Below are positions 11,294 to 23,329 of a DNA stretch of 64,000 nucleotides, one piece after another. A program made the translations under genes and the position numbers. Origin of the DNA: Felis catus (taxonomy: Eukaryota); NCBI RefSeq assembly GCF_018350175.1, contig NC_058368.1, forward strand, positions 41,170,001-41,234,000. Direction: 5' to 3'. Below the pieces are notes generated by a model, which ran no database searches, was not told where the DNA came from, and saw nothing but the letters and a program-made list of their open reading frames with translations. Each line of letters begins with the position of its first letter. Within the stretch, counting starts at the first letter, position 1.

Positions 11294-14200
11294 GAGGAAC
11301 CTCCACACTGTCTTCCAGAGTGGCTGCACCAATTTGCATTCCCACCAACAGTGCAAGAGGGTTCCCGTTTCTCCACATCCTCTCCAGCATCTATAGTCTC
11401 CTGATTTGTTCATTTTGGCCACTCTGACTGGTGTGAGGTGATATCTGAGTGTGGTTTTGATTTGCATTTCCCTGATGAGGAGCGACGATGAGCATCTTTT
11501 CATGTGCCTGTTGGCCATCCGGATGTCTTCTTTAGAGAAGTGTCTATTTGTGTTTTCTGCCCATTTCTTCACTGTGTTATTTGTTTTTCAGGTGTGGAGT
11601 TAGGTGAGCTCTTTATAGATTTTGGATACTATCCCTTTGTCCAATATGTCATTTGCAAATATCTTTTCCCATTCCGTTGGTTCCCTTTTAATTTGGTTGG
11701 TTGTTTCCTTTGCTGTGCAGAAGCTTTTTATCTTCATAAGGTCCCAGTAGTTCATTTTTGCTTTTAATTCCCTTGCCTTTGGGGATGTGTCGAGTAAGAG
11801 ATTGCTACGGCTGAGGTCAGAGAGGTCTTTTCCTGCTTTCTGCTCTAGGGTTTTGATGGTTTCCTGTCTCACATTCAGGTCCTTTATCCATTTTGAGTTT
11901 ATTTTTGTGAATGGCGTAAGAAAGTGGTCTAGTTTCAATCTTCTGCATGTTGCTGTCCAGTTCTCCCAGCACCATTTGTTAAAGAGACTGTCTTTTTTCC
12001 ATTGGATATTCTTTGCTGCTTGTCAAAGATTAATTGGCCATACTTTTGTGTGTCTAGTTCTGGGGTTTCTATTCTATGCCATTGGTCTATGTGTCTGTTT
12101 TTGTGCCAGTACCATGCTGTCTTGATGATGACAGCTTTGTAGTAGAGGCTAAAGTCTGGGATTGTGATGCCTCCTGCTTTGGTCTTCTTCTTCAAATTAC
12201 TTTGGCTCTTCGGGGTCTTTTGTGGTTCCATATGAATTTTAGGATTGCTTGTTCTAGTTTCGAGAAGAATGCTGGTGCAGTTTTGATTGGGATTGCATTG
12301 AATATGTAGATAACTTTGGGTAGTATTGACATTTTAACAATATTTATTCTTCCAACCCATGAGCACTGAATGTTTTTCCATTTCTTTATATCTTGTTCAA
12401 TTTCCTTCATGAGCTTTCTATAGTTTTCAGCATACAGATCTTGTACATCTTTGGTTAGATTTATTCCTAGGTATTTTATGCTTCTTGGTGCAATTGTGAA
12501 TGGGATCAGTTTCTTTATTTGTATTTCTGTTGCTTTATTATTAGTGTATAAGAATGCAACTGATATCTGTACATTGATTTAATATCCTGCGACTTTGCTG
12601 AATTCATGTATCAGTTCTAGCAGGCTTTTGGTGGAGTCTATTGGGTTCTCCATATATAATATCATGTCATCTGCAAAAAGTGAAAGCTTGACTTCATCTT
12701 TGCCAATTTTGATGCCTTTGATTTCCTTTTGTTGTCTGATTGCTGATGCTCGGACTTCCAACACTATGTTAAACAACAGCGGTGAGAGTGGCATCCCTGT
12801 CGTGTTCCTGATCTCAGGGAAAAAGCTCTCAGTTTTTCCCCATTGAGGATGATGTTAGCTGTGGGCTTTTCATAAATGGCTTTTATGATGTTTAAGTATG
12901 TTCCTTCTATCCCAACTTCCTCAAGGGTTTTTATTAAGAAACCGTGCTGGATTTTGTCAAAGGCCTTTTCTGCATCGATTGACAGGATCATATGGTTCTT
13001 ATCTTTTCTTTTATTAATGTGATGTATCACATTGATTGATTTGCGAATGTTGAACCAGCGCTGCAGCCAGGAATGAATCCCACTTGATCATGGTGAATAA
13101 TTCTTTTTATATGCTGTTGAATTCAATTTGCTAGTAACTTATTGAGAATTTTTGCATCCATATTCATCAGGGATATTGGCCTGTAGTTCTTTTTTACTGG
13201 GTCTCTGGTTTAGGAATCAAAGTAATACTGGATTCATAGAATGAGTCTGGAAGTTGTCTTTCCCTTTCTATTTTTTGGAATAGCTTGAGAAGGATAGGTA
13301 TTATCTCTGCTTTAAACGTCTGGTAGAACTCCCCTGGGAAGCCATCTGGTCCTGGACTCTTATTTGTTGGGAGATTTTTGATGACTGATTCAATTTCTTC
13401 ACTGGTAATGGGTCTGTTCAAGCTTTCTATTTCCTCCTGATTGGGTTTTGGAAGCGTGTGGGTGTTTAGGAATTTGTCCATTTCTTCCAGGTTGTCCAGT
13501 TTGTTGGCATATAATTTTTCATAGTATTCCCTGATAATTGCTTGTATCTCTGAGAGATTGGTTGTAATAATTCCATTTTCATTCATGATTTTATCTATTT
13601 GGGTCATCTCCCTTTTCTTTTTGAGAAGCCTGGCTAGAGGTTTATCATTTGTTTATTTTTTCAAAAAAAACAAGTCTTGGTTCCATTGATCTGCTCTACA
13701 GTTTTTTTAGATTCTATATTATTTATTTCTGCTCTGATCTTTATTATTTCTCTTCCTCAGCTGGGTTTAGGCTGTCTTCGCTGTTCTGTTTCTATTTTCT
13801 TTAGGTGTGCTGTTATATTTTGTATTTGGGATTTTTCTTGTTTCTGGAGAAAGGCCTGGATTGCAATGTATTTTCCTCTCAGGACTGCCTTCGCTGCATC
13901 CCAAAGCGTTTGGATTGTTGTATTTTCATTTTCATTTGTTTCCATATATTTTTAATTTCTTCTCTAATTGCCTAGTTGACCCATTCATTCTTTAGTAGGG
14001 TGTTCTTTAACCTCCATGCTTTTGGAGGTTTTCCAGACTTTTTTCCTGTGGTTGATTTTAAGCTTCATAGCATTGTGGTCTGAAAGTATGCATGGTATGA
14101 TCTCAATTCTTGTATACTTATGAAGGGCTGTTTTGTGACCCAGTATGTGATCTACCTTGGAGAATGTTCCATGTGCATTCTAGAAGAAAGTATATTCTGT

Positions 14201-14643
14201 TGCTTTGGGATGCAGAGTTCTAAATATATCTGTCAAGTCCATCTGATCCAATGTATCATTCAGGGCCCTTGTTTCTTTATTGACTGTGTGTCTAGATGAT
14301 CTATCCATTTCTGTTAAGTGGAGTGTTAAAGTCCCCTGCAATTACCACATTCTTATCAATAAGGTTGCTTATGTCTGTTGTTACAGCCTTTAATTTAAAG
14401 TCTAGTTCGTCTGATATAAGTATGGCTACTCCAGCTTTCTTTTGACTTCCAGTGGCATGATAAATAGTTCTCCATCCCCTCACTCTCAATCTGAAGGTGT
14501 ACTCAGGTCTAAAATGAGTCTGTTGTAGACAGCAAATAGATGGGTCTTGTGTTTTTATCCATTCTGATACCCTATGTTTTGGTTGGCACATTTAGTCCAT
14601 TTACATTCAGTGTTATTATAGAAAGATATGGGTTTAGAGTCAT
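11294..14643 (-). pseudogene. L1 ORF2 (endonuclease/RT), frameshifted and truncated
   Basis: Starts MTLNPYLSIITLNVNGLN at 14643; broken into about 9 ORF fragments; ends at [11 protein letters not shown]. Confidence 0.95.
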
Positions 14644-14693
14644 TGTGATGTCCGTAGGTTTCATGCTTGTAGCGATGTCTCTGATACTTTGTC

Positions 14694-15585
14694 TCACAGG
14701 ATCCCCCTTAGCATCTCTTGTAGGGCTGGTTTAGTGGTGATGAATTCCTTCAGGTTTTGTTTGTTTGGGAAGACCTTTATCTCTCCTTCTATTCTAAATG
14801 AGAGACTTGCTGGATAAAGGATTCTCGGCTGCATATTCTGTCTGTTCTTCACATTGAAGATCTCCTGCCATTCCTTTCTGGCCTGCCAAGTTTCAGTAGA
14901 GAGATCAGTCACGAGTCTTACGGGTCTCCTTTTATATGTTAGAGCACGTTTATCTCTAGCTTCTTTCAAAATTTTCTCTTTATCCTTGTATTTTGCCAGT
15001 TTCACTATGATATGTCGGGCAGAAGATCGATTCAAGTTATGTCTGAAGGGAGTTCTCTGTGCCTCTTGGATTTCAGTGCCTTTTTCCTTCCCCAGATCTG
15101 GGAAGTTCTCAACTATTTTTTTCTTCAAGTACACCTTCAGCACCTTTCCCTCTCTCTTCCTCCTCTGGAATACCAATTATGCATATATTATTTCTCTTTA
15201 GTGCCTCACTTAGTTCTCTAATTTTCCCCTCATCCTCCTGGATTTTTTATCTCTCTTTTTCTCAGCTTCTTCTTTTCCCATAATTTTATCTTCTAGTTCA
15301 CCTATTCTCTCCTCTGCCTCTTCAATCCAAGCTGTGGTCGTCTCCATTTTATTTTGCAGCTCATTAATAGCATTTTTTAGCTCCTCCTGGCTGTTCCTTA
15401 GTCCCTTGATCTCTGTAGCAAGAGATTCTCTGCTGTCCTTTATACTGTTTTCCAGCCCAGCGATTAATTTTATGACTATTATTCTAAATTCACTTTCTGT
15501 TATATTATTTAAATCGTTTTTGATCAGTTTGTTAGGTGTTGTTATTTCCTGGAGCTTTTTGAGGGAAATTCTTCCCTTTTGTCAT
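14694..15585 (-). pseudogene. L1 ORF1 (RNA-binding chaperone), frameshifted
   Basis: ATG at 15585; C-terminal ORF has ENFP, RHIIVKL, YPASLSF and TTKPALQEML motifs. Confidence 0.93.
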
Positions 15586-16497
15586 TTTGGATAGTCCCTG
15601 GAGTGGTGCGGAACTGCCTGGCATGTCCCCTGTGCTGTCTTGAATAACTTGTGTTGGTGGGCAGGGCTGCAGTCAGACCTGATGTCTGCCCCCAGCCCAC
15701 CGCTGGGGCCACAGTCAGACTGGTGTGTACCTTCTCTTCCCCTCTCCTAGGGGCGGGATTCACTGTGTGGTGGCATGACCCGTCTGGGCTACTTGCACAC
15801 TGCCAGGCTTGTGGTGCTGGGGATGTGGCATATTAGCTGGGGGTGGATGGGCAAGGTGCACAGGGGCGGGAGGGGCAGGCTCAGCTCGCTTTTCCTTGGG
15901 AGATCTGCTTTGGGAGGGGCCCTGTGGCACCGGGAGTCAGACCCGCTGGAGGGATGGATCCGCAGAAGCGCAGCTTTGGGTGTTTGTGCGGTGCGTGCCA
16001 GTTCCCTGGCAGAAACTGGTTCCCTTTGGCTGGTGGATAGGCGAGGGAGATGGCGCTGGCAAGCACCTTTGTTCCCCGCCAAGCTGCGCTCTGTCGTCCA
16101 AGGCTCAACAACTCTCCCTCCCGTTGTCCTCCAGCCCTCCCTTTCTCCGAGCAGAGCTGTTAGCTTATAACCTTCCAGATGCTAAGTCCCGCTTGCTGTC
16201 GGAACACACTCCGTCCGGCCCCTTGGCTTTTGCGAGCCAGACTCTGGGCTCTGCTTGGCTGGCAGGCTGCCCCTCCGCCCTGGCTCCCTCCTGCCAGTCC
16301 GTGGAGTGCTCACCGCCTCTCCGCCCTTCCTATCCCCTTCTGTGGGCCTCTCGTCTGCGCTTGGCTCCAGAGACTCCATTCTGCTAGTCTTCTGGCGGTT
16401 TTCTGGGTTATTTAGGCAGGTAGGTGGACCCTAAGTGATCAGCAGGACATGAGGTGAGCCCAGTGTCCTCCTGCGCTGCCATCTTCCCAGGATTCTC
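15586..16497 (-). promoter_or_regulatory. L1 5'UTR internal promoter (GC-rich) with YY1-type site
   Basis: GC/CpG-rich, about 0.9 kb; GCCATCTT (AAGATGGC on minus) at 16478-16485 near the 5' end. Confidence 0.8.
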
Positions 16498-17129
16498 TGA
16501 TTTGCATCCTTAATCAACCAAAATTATTTTTTCCAATTGGTTAGATGAAGGAAAGGGAGTTATTTATTACCTTTCTAGGAATCCACCAACATCAAATTCA
16601 GCAGTTTTTTTTTCTAAAAAGGTAAGGATACATAAACATGAAAACATATATTAATAAACTCCACCATATTAATTGAATAAATATGAAACGTATAAAGGAA
16701 AAATTAAGGTAAAAAATAACCAACGCTTAAGTGTATAAAGGATTTTTAAATAAATAAATATCTAAAACTAAGAATAGAAGGGAACTTTTTTAGAGTAGTA
16801 TTAAAGGAGATCTTAAAAAATGTAGACCTAAAGTCATCCCCAGTGATCATACTTTAGAAATATTTCCATTCAGCTCAGTGGGAACAAAAACTGCTATATA
16901 CCAATCATTTCACATTACACTGGAAGTCAGTTAATTCCATAAGACAAGAAACGGGAAATTAGGATCATGAGTATTGGCAAGAAAAAAAATATATCATTTG
17001 CAGAAAATGTAACTGCCTAAATAATATATCAAAAAGTATTTTAAAATATTTTTGTGGATAGAGAATAAGCATATATAAATAATTATTGAATTTATAAAAT
17101 TAAACTAACTGATGAAAACACCATAGAAT

Positions 17130-17660
17130 TCCTTTACGATCTGCCATCTGCGGTGGAACCTCCGCCAAGATGTAGATTTTCGTGAAAACCCTTATGGGGA
17201 AGACCATCTCTCTAGAGGTTGAGCCCTCGGATGCAATAGAAAAGGTAAAGACCAAAATCCGGGGTAAGGAGGGAATTTCTCCTGATCAGCAGAGCCTGGT
17301 TTTGCTGGCAAGCAACTGGAAGTTGGACGTACTTTTTCTAACTACAACATTCGAAAGGAGTCCACTCTATCTTGTGTTGAAACTTCGTGGTGGTGCTAAG
17401 AAAAGGAAGAAGTCTTACACCATTCCCAGGAAGAATAAGCATAAGAAAAAGAAGGTTAATCTGGCTGTCCTACTATAAGGTGGATGAGAATGGTAAAATC
17501 AGTTGCCTTCATTGGGAGTGCCCTTCAGATGAATCTGGTGCTGGGGTTTTTATGGCTAGCCACTTTGACAGATGTTATTGTGGCAAATGTTGTCTGACCT
17601 AGTGCTTCAACAAACTGGAAGGCAAGGAATTGCGTGCGGGTTAATAAAAAACAAACTAAA
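17130..17660 (+). pseudogene. RPS27A: Processed pseudogene of ubiquitin-40S ribosomal protein S27a
   Basis: Intronless ubiquitin (..LVLKLRGG) fused to [48 protein letters not shown] 17170 followed by TAG, frameshifts, stop at 17600; AATAAA 17643, A-tail, degenerate 15-bp TSD. Confidence 0.96.
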
Positions 17661-17725
17661 AAAATACAATGGAATAAATTTTCCACCAACAATAACAAAG
17701 CTCCTTGGAAAAATTCAAATACAAA

Positions 17726-17815
17726 TGAGGAGGGAACCTGTTGGGATGAGCACTGGGTGTTGTATGGAAACCAATTTGACAATAAATTTCATATTAAAAT
17801 AAAAAAAATAAAAAA
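17726..17815 (+). mobile_element. Very short feline L1 3' tail
   Basis: GGGATGAGCACTGGGTGTTGTATGGAAACCAATTTGACAATAAATTTCATATT plus poly(A). Confidence 0.9.
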
Positions 17816-18478
17816 GAAGCTGACTTAAAGGGAGACGTTCTCTATGTTGATGGATGATAGTATTCAAAGTTATGAACAGATTGATACATCCAAATAATCT
17901 TGGCTTTTAAAACATTCCAGTAAAAGCTCCAATGCTATTTATTCACAACACTTAGAGAAAAAATGTATCTTAAAATGACTGAAGGAAATACAAGTTCAAG
18001 AGAAACAAGATAATTATTAAATTCAAAACTGATGTGGAAAATTTCCACATCTAATAATAAGATATCATGATGCGATTTTACCTTGACTTCAAAAATATAA
18101 TAAACTACGTGTTTAGAAACCCTCCTACCATAAAAACCTAATAATGCTGGCATAAGGCACATATCCTTTAAAGTGCATATCTAAACAAATTAGAAAGTAA
18201 GAGCAACCTACATATATCTAAAATAAGACATTACTGAACCCAGAGGATTTATGGACCACTGGAGACATGATTTGTATTGTTAAAAGTAGTACATCTGCTT
18301 TTCATAAGTGATGGAGGAGAACGTGGAGCCTCTGGCCCACACCAGGTAGAAGGTGAAGACTTAAAAAGAAATCTAGGATGTTTGGAAGGTTACATTTTTA
18401 AGGAAAGGTAAACTTGGAGGGAAAAGAAATCATATTTTCTAAGGAAAATTTTGAAACAAGCTAATACTGTACCGGTCT

Positions 18479-18640
18479 GTATATATGTGTTTGTGTGTGT
18501 GTGTGTGTTAAATATATATAATGTGTGTGTGTGTGTATATATGTATTTAATGTATTTATATGTATTATATATTTGTGTATATATTTATGTATTTAATGTA
18601 TTTAATGTATTATATATTTAATATACTTAATATATTAGAC
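18479..18640. repeat. (TG)n/(TA)n compound low-complexity tract
   Basis: Directly visible. Confidence 0.9.
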
Positions 18641-20369
18641 ACAGTATCTATTTCCCACATACACGGAGAATTTCCAATCATAGTACTATCTCCAGGAAGT
18701 TTTTATCTTCCCACTTGCATTTCTGTTGGGATCCATAAAAAAACTTAAAAGTTGTCATCAAGGTTGGTAGAACACTAGGTACTTAGCAGAAGGAAATACA
18801 TATTTTTTTTCTCAGTGGAGTTTTTCTCAATGGAGTCTATTTTGTATAGTGGCATAAGACTTCATGAGACACTGAGAGATTGTCATATGGACAAGAGATA
18901 AAAGAATTTGTTGGTAAAAAAAAATTGTCGGTAATGGCTGAATATTTACTATATTTGAGGACACTGTAAATTTGGTTTTGCAGCTAATTAAATAAAAATT
19001 ACATACACATAAATATTTGTTATTCAGAGTGGTATTCACACTAATTTTGAATTCCTCAGTACTAATTAACCAAGTATGTTTGAGAGAAAATGTTCAATTT
19101 TTTGTTGTTTGTAATTGATCTGTTTTATTCAGTTAATGAACAGATATTGTCATACTCTGTGAGTGTCCAAGTTAAAAGCAGTCTCCCTTTGGATAGAAAT
19201 ATGGGCGTCCTGATATGTAATTCTATTCAGTGTCACTCATTTACCTATCAGCTCTCTCTGCTAAAGCGTTTATGGATATGTTTACTAAAAGCATAAAGAG
19301 CTCACCATAAAATGCACTATTTAAGACAGTAGCATCTTAATTTGTAACTTTTTATGGAAAATAAAAATAAACAAAATAATAAATAAGAGTAAATAAAACA
19401 ACACTATGGAAAATAAAAATAAGAGCCTATTTTTCATTTTCTCTAAATTTTTCTAACCAACTAAAGCATCATTGTATTCGTAATTATTTTTTACTGTTTA
19501 TACAACTAATTTACTGTCTGAGGCAGAAAGCAAGACACATGCAAAGTCTTCACTATGTTAAGGTCAGGTAATCAATTTCCTATCCCAAAAGACAAAACTA
19601 ATAGTACAGAGGATTATCACTAAATACAAGCAGCTGCTTTTGTAAGACTGGAGCTTTTCTAGGGAATCCTGCAATAATGGAGTAGGTAGGAGACAGAATC
19701 CCATGTACGTCTATCTATGAATTCTGTGAAAACTGCCTAGGTGTTTTTTAACTACAAATGAAACAAGGATTAATTTTGCTTTGATTCAAGTAATTGCTAT
19801 TAAACATCAATGCATTTGAAGCAAAATATGCAATGGTAATGAAGAAAAGAATATTTATCTTCGTTCTGAATGTCATTCAAGATTTTGTTCTTAATAAATA
19901 TAACTCTAATTCTTATACTTTTAAGAATTTCAGGAGTTTACCTGATATAAACCATTCAGTACAAGTATTAACATACTTGCTATTTCTACATATGATCAAA
20001 AACTAACAGTTTTTATACCATACTTAATACAATTAATAACAACCCTACATATTATTTTCTTTTTACAAGTTCGTACAATGTTGTAACACTCTGTAAAGAC
20101 TGATTAAATATAAACAATTACTAAATTTAATTAATGCTATAGATCAATTTCATTTCATAAGAAAACACATATGAGATTTTATTCTTCTTGAGGGTTTTAT
20201 CTAAAAATCTATTGATGCAATGTTACTCATTAATATTTCAAATTCCCCTTAGTTTTAATTCTAGGCATGATACACGCAGGCAAATTGTGTAAGTCTTTGT
20301 TTAGAATATAAACAAAGTAAGCAGTTATCTTAATATTGAAATTATTTCTTTGTATATTTAGCCAATTAG

Positions 20370-21762
20370 TTTGACATCTTAGCAACATTCAACACAACTG
20401 AAAGAACATTTCTTTTGAAATATTCTTTTTCCTTAATCTCCATCAGATTACATTTTTTTCTCCGTTTTCTTTCATAGCTATTACTATTCAACCTGATGTG
20501 TCACTCCTCAAGACTTTGCCTTACACTCTTGTTTTCTCATGTCCCCTCCTTTTCTAGTTGAATTAATTAATTTAATTTTTTAATTTAAATGAATTTTTAA
20601 ATTTTTAAAATCATCTAGTATCAGCTCATAAATTATATTTTTCATCTTTGGAATTCCAGACCCATACATTCAATTACATTCTTAATAATTCCAGTTGTAC
20701 TAATTGGCTCATTTCTTAGCCACTTTAAAGTTAATGTGCTCAGAACTGAATGCCTGATTCACATCTCACCCTACCGCTTTCCCATCCCTACTGTGCACCT
20801 GACCCTCCACCGATTTAGTGAAACAATTTAGTCTGTGTTCTCCATTTCAGTAAGTTTTATTTTAACAAACAGGTTGGTTCTTCCTAAAAGCTAGGGATTA
20901 TCTTTGATGTAATGTTATATGTCCTTTTCCTTCCTACTTTGGTCTTTCAAATATCACCAATCTGTGGATATCTAACATCTCAAATATGTATCCATACCTT
21001 CACTGTTCTCCAGGGTGCCTGCCATCATTCTGTGCAGCCAGCATCATCCTGCATTACGTTGAAACTTTAATATGTTTCTCTCATTCTACTCTTAGATCCA
21101 AAGACCACCTCCAATTCATTCTCCATAAAGTTGAGAGATTTTTCAATGAGTATAATACTCCAACCTTTCTATGATTCAAACCATTCAGTCATTTCCCATA
21201 GTAATTAATTCACAAAGCCTAATGTTTGCTCCCTACTTCTGTGCCATTTTCTTTTTGTCTAATTTACCAACCTTATCTCTCTCGTTGTTGCTTTCCCCTT
21301 CATGTTCTACTCACTGTGGATTTTTTTTAAATTTCTTGAACACAATGAAATATTCATTGAACCAAAGCAAATGTTCTTCCCTTTCCATAAACTGCCTTTC
21401 CCCTGTTCATCATTTGACTTACTTCCTATAAGTGTTTCATTTTCAAATAGACCTAATTTGACTATCAATTCCCAAGTAGGTATTCCTGTTATACTCACCT
21501 AAATTCATCTTCAGTGTTTATTTACATTGATTATCTATTTAACTACATATCTATCTATTTATCCGTGTATCTATTCATCCGTACATGTAGGTAGCTATAA
21601 TCTACCTGTAGTCATTTTAGATTCTTGAGTAACTTTAAGCATCATGACAGGATGTTTGTATTTATTTTTATCATTGTTTTTCCAAAATCTTCCAATGCTG
21701 TTTTATATCAATATGTATTAATAATCTTATAATATAATGTTATCAATTGTTGAATGAGTGAA
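20370..21762 (+). mobile_element. L2 LINE 3' region, fragmented
   Basis: GACATCTTAGCAACATTCAACACA (LDLSAAFDT-like), GAATTCCAGACCCATA, terminal TGTTGAATGAGTGAA. Confidence 0.65.
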
Positions 21763-22779
21763 AAATTGACAAACTAATGAGCAAGTTCTATAATGAATAT
21801 ATATCTATACATACATATATATAAATTGCCAAATGTCCTAATTTCAGCACATTTACACTAATATGCTTAAGTTTCCAAAAATTGATTCACCAGCAAAAAT
21901 TTAGTACACTCAACAGCAACTCCACACTTGATGCCAAAATATGATTGCAAATTACATCCTTAAAGTTCAAAATACAATAAAAATTGCAATAAAAGAGTAA
22001 TGTTATCTTAAATCACAAGCTTTAGTTTTACCTTATATTTGTGAACATCATGGTCTCATGTATTACTAATAAAAACTTTAATACCCAGAACGATTTCACA
22101 TTTTTTCTCAACAAATTGTTATTATCTAGTGGAAATAATTGGTAATTTTTCAAAAGGTATTTGGGACTTAAATTTTTAGCTTTCATATTCACATAACTTT
22201 TGGGTGAACATTTTGCAATATAAGAGAATGAGAAAAAATATACACAAATGAATATTTCTGTACAGTTATCTCAAATTTTAAAATACTTTTTAACACTTGC
22301 CATGCTTTTATAATTAACACGATTTGTTGTAGAACTAAACACTTACACATGCTTTAGTCACTGAACATAGCAACAACCCTACATGTTTACAGTAAAATGC
22401 TTTTATCCTGTTAAAGTATATGTTTATGCACCATTTTAATAAATGTTTACTAATTTAATCATAATTGATAACAAATAAGGTCTAAGTGCCCACTAACCTG
22501 TTTGTAAGTATTTTCAGTGTTGACTAAGGCAACAGGAGGTTTTGAAGATGTTTTGCCTCTTTACTTAGAGCATCCACTTCACTAAAATGTGATAGCAGAG
22601 AAGCATCAAATATGCTTTGTAAAACATCAGGAATGCAAATAGAACAAGTTAAGCACTCTATGTATGACATTGATTCCTGAAAAATAAGATGAAAAACAAA
22701 TTGCAATATTCAATAATAAAGTATGATTGATTTATTATCATTATGATTTTATCATACTCTTCTTAATACAAAAATGTGC

Positions 22780-23325
22780 ATTAGTTCAAATTCAATAAAG
22801 AACTGATGAAAAACTATTAAGCTTGGTACCATGGTTCACAAATTATGTAATGTGATCTCTGGCTTCAAGGAGCTTAAAATCAGAAATGATCCACAGAGTC
22901 ACATAGAGTTGTAGTCTAAGTATATTGACTGCTCTCAGATATTTCAACAGACAGAAACAAGGCACAGAAGGCTGTGTTTGTGTATGTATATATATCTACA
23001 GGTCTTGGAAAATTTAGAAGGGCTAGTTTTTGAGCTGAATTTTAATAATAAATGTTGGATAATTAGAAATGATGAATTAGGATATTTTCAGAAATGCAGA
23101 ACTGTACACAAAGTGTGAAAGAGTAAAAAAAAGTAAATAGCAAGTGGTCTAGTTTTAATTTGAGAATCCAGAAATTGTCAGTAGACAATAAAAACAGAAT
23201 GAAAAATTAAATCTTGATTTTAAACTTAATTGTGTATTAAAGTTTTTGAGTTTTAGAGGAAATGGGAAGTTAACTGAATACTTTCAAAACAAAAATGTTT
23301 TAATCAGTTCTACATTTTATAGACG
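22780..23325 (-). mobile_element. L2 fragment
   Basis: CTTCAAGGAGCTTAAAATC and TTTGAGCTGAATTTTAA antisense L2-like motifs. Confidence 0.4.
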
Positions 23326-23329
23326 TGAC

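Larger units (their letters stand above)
11294..16497 (-). mobile_element. Feline LINE-1: complete 5'UTR, ORF1 and ORF2, missing ORF2 C-terminus, 3'UTR and poly(A)
   Basis: Collinear ORF1, endonuclease, RT (FADDMILY) and Cys-rich (HCWWECK) fragments in the ORF track; GC-rich 5'UTR; no TSD. Confidence 0.97.
16620..18330 (+). mobile_element. Ancient L1 ORF2 (RT region) fragment, host of the RPS27A retrocopy
   Basis: Decayed motifs GAATAGAAGGGAACTT, CAATAAGACAAGAA-like, TCATTTGCAGA, CCTTGACTTCAAAA; continuous across the insertions. Confidence 0.7.

Noticed and set aside
15775..16415. 192-aa and neighbouring ORFs antisense to the L1 5'UTR (ORF0-like?)
   Set aside because: The longest begins at TTG, and stop-poor frames are expected in GC-rich sequence. 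No recognisable protein features.
17182..17478. 98-aa ubiquitin-like ORF as a functional gene
   Set aside because: It starts at GTG after a stop in codon 2 and crosses a frameshifted segment of a processed pseudogene.
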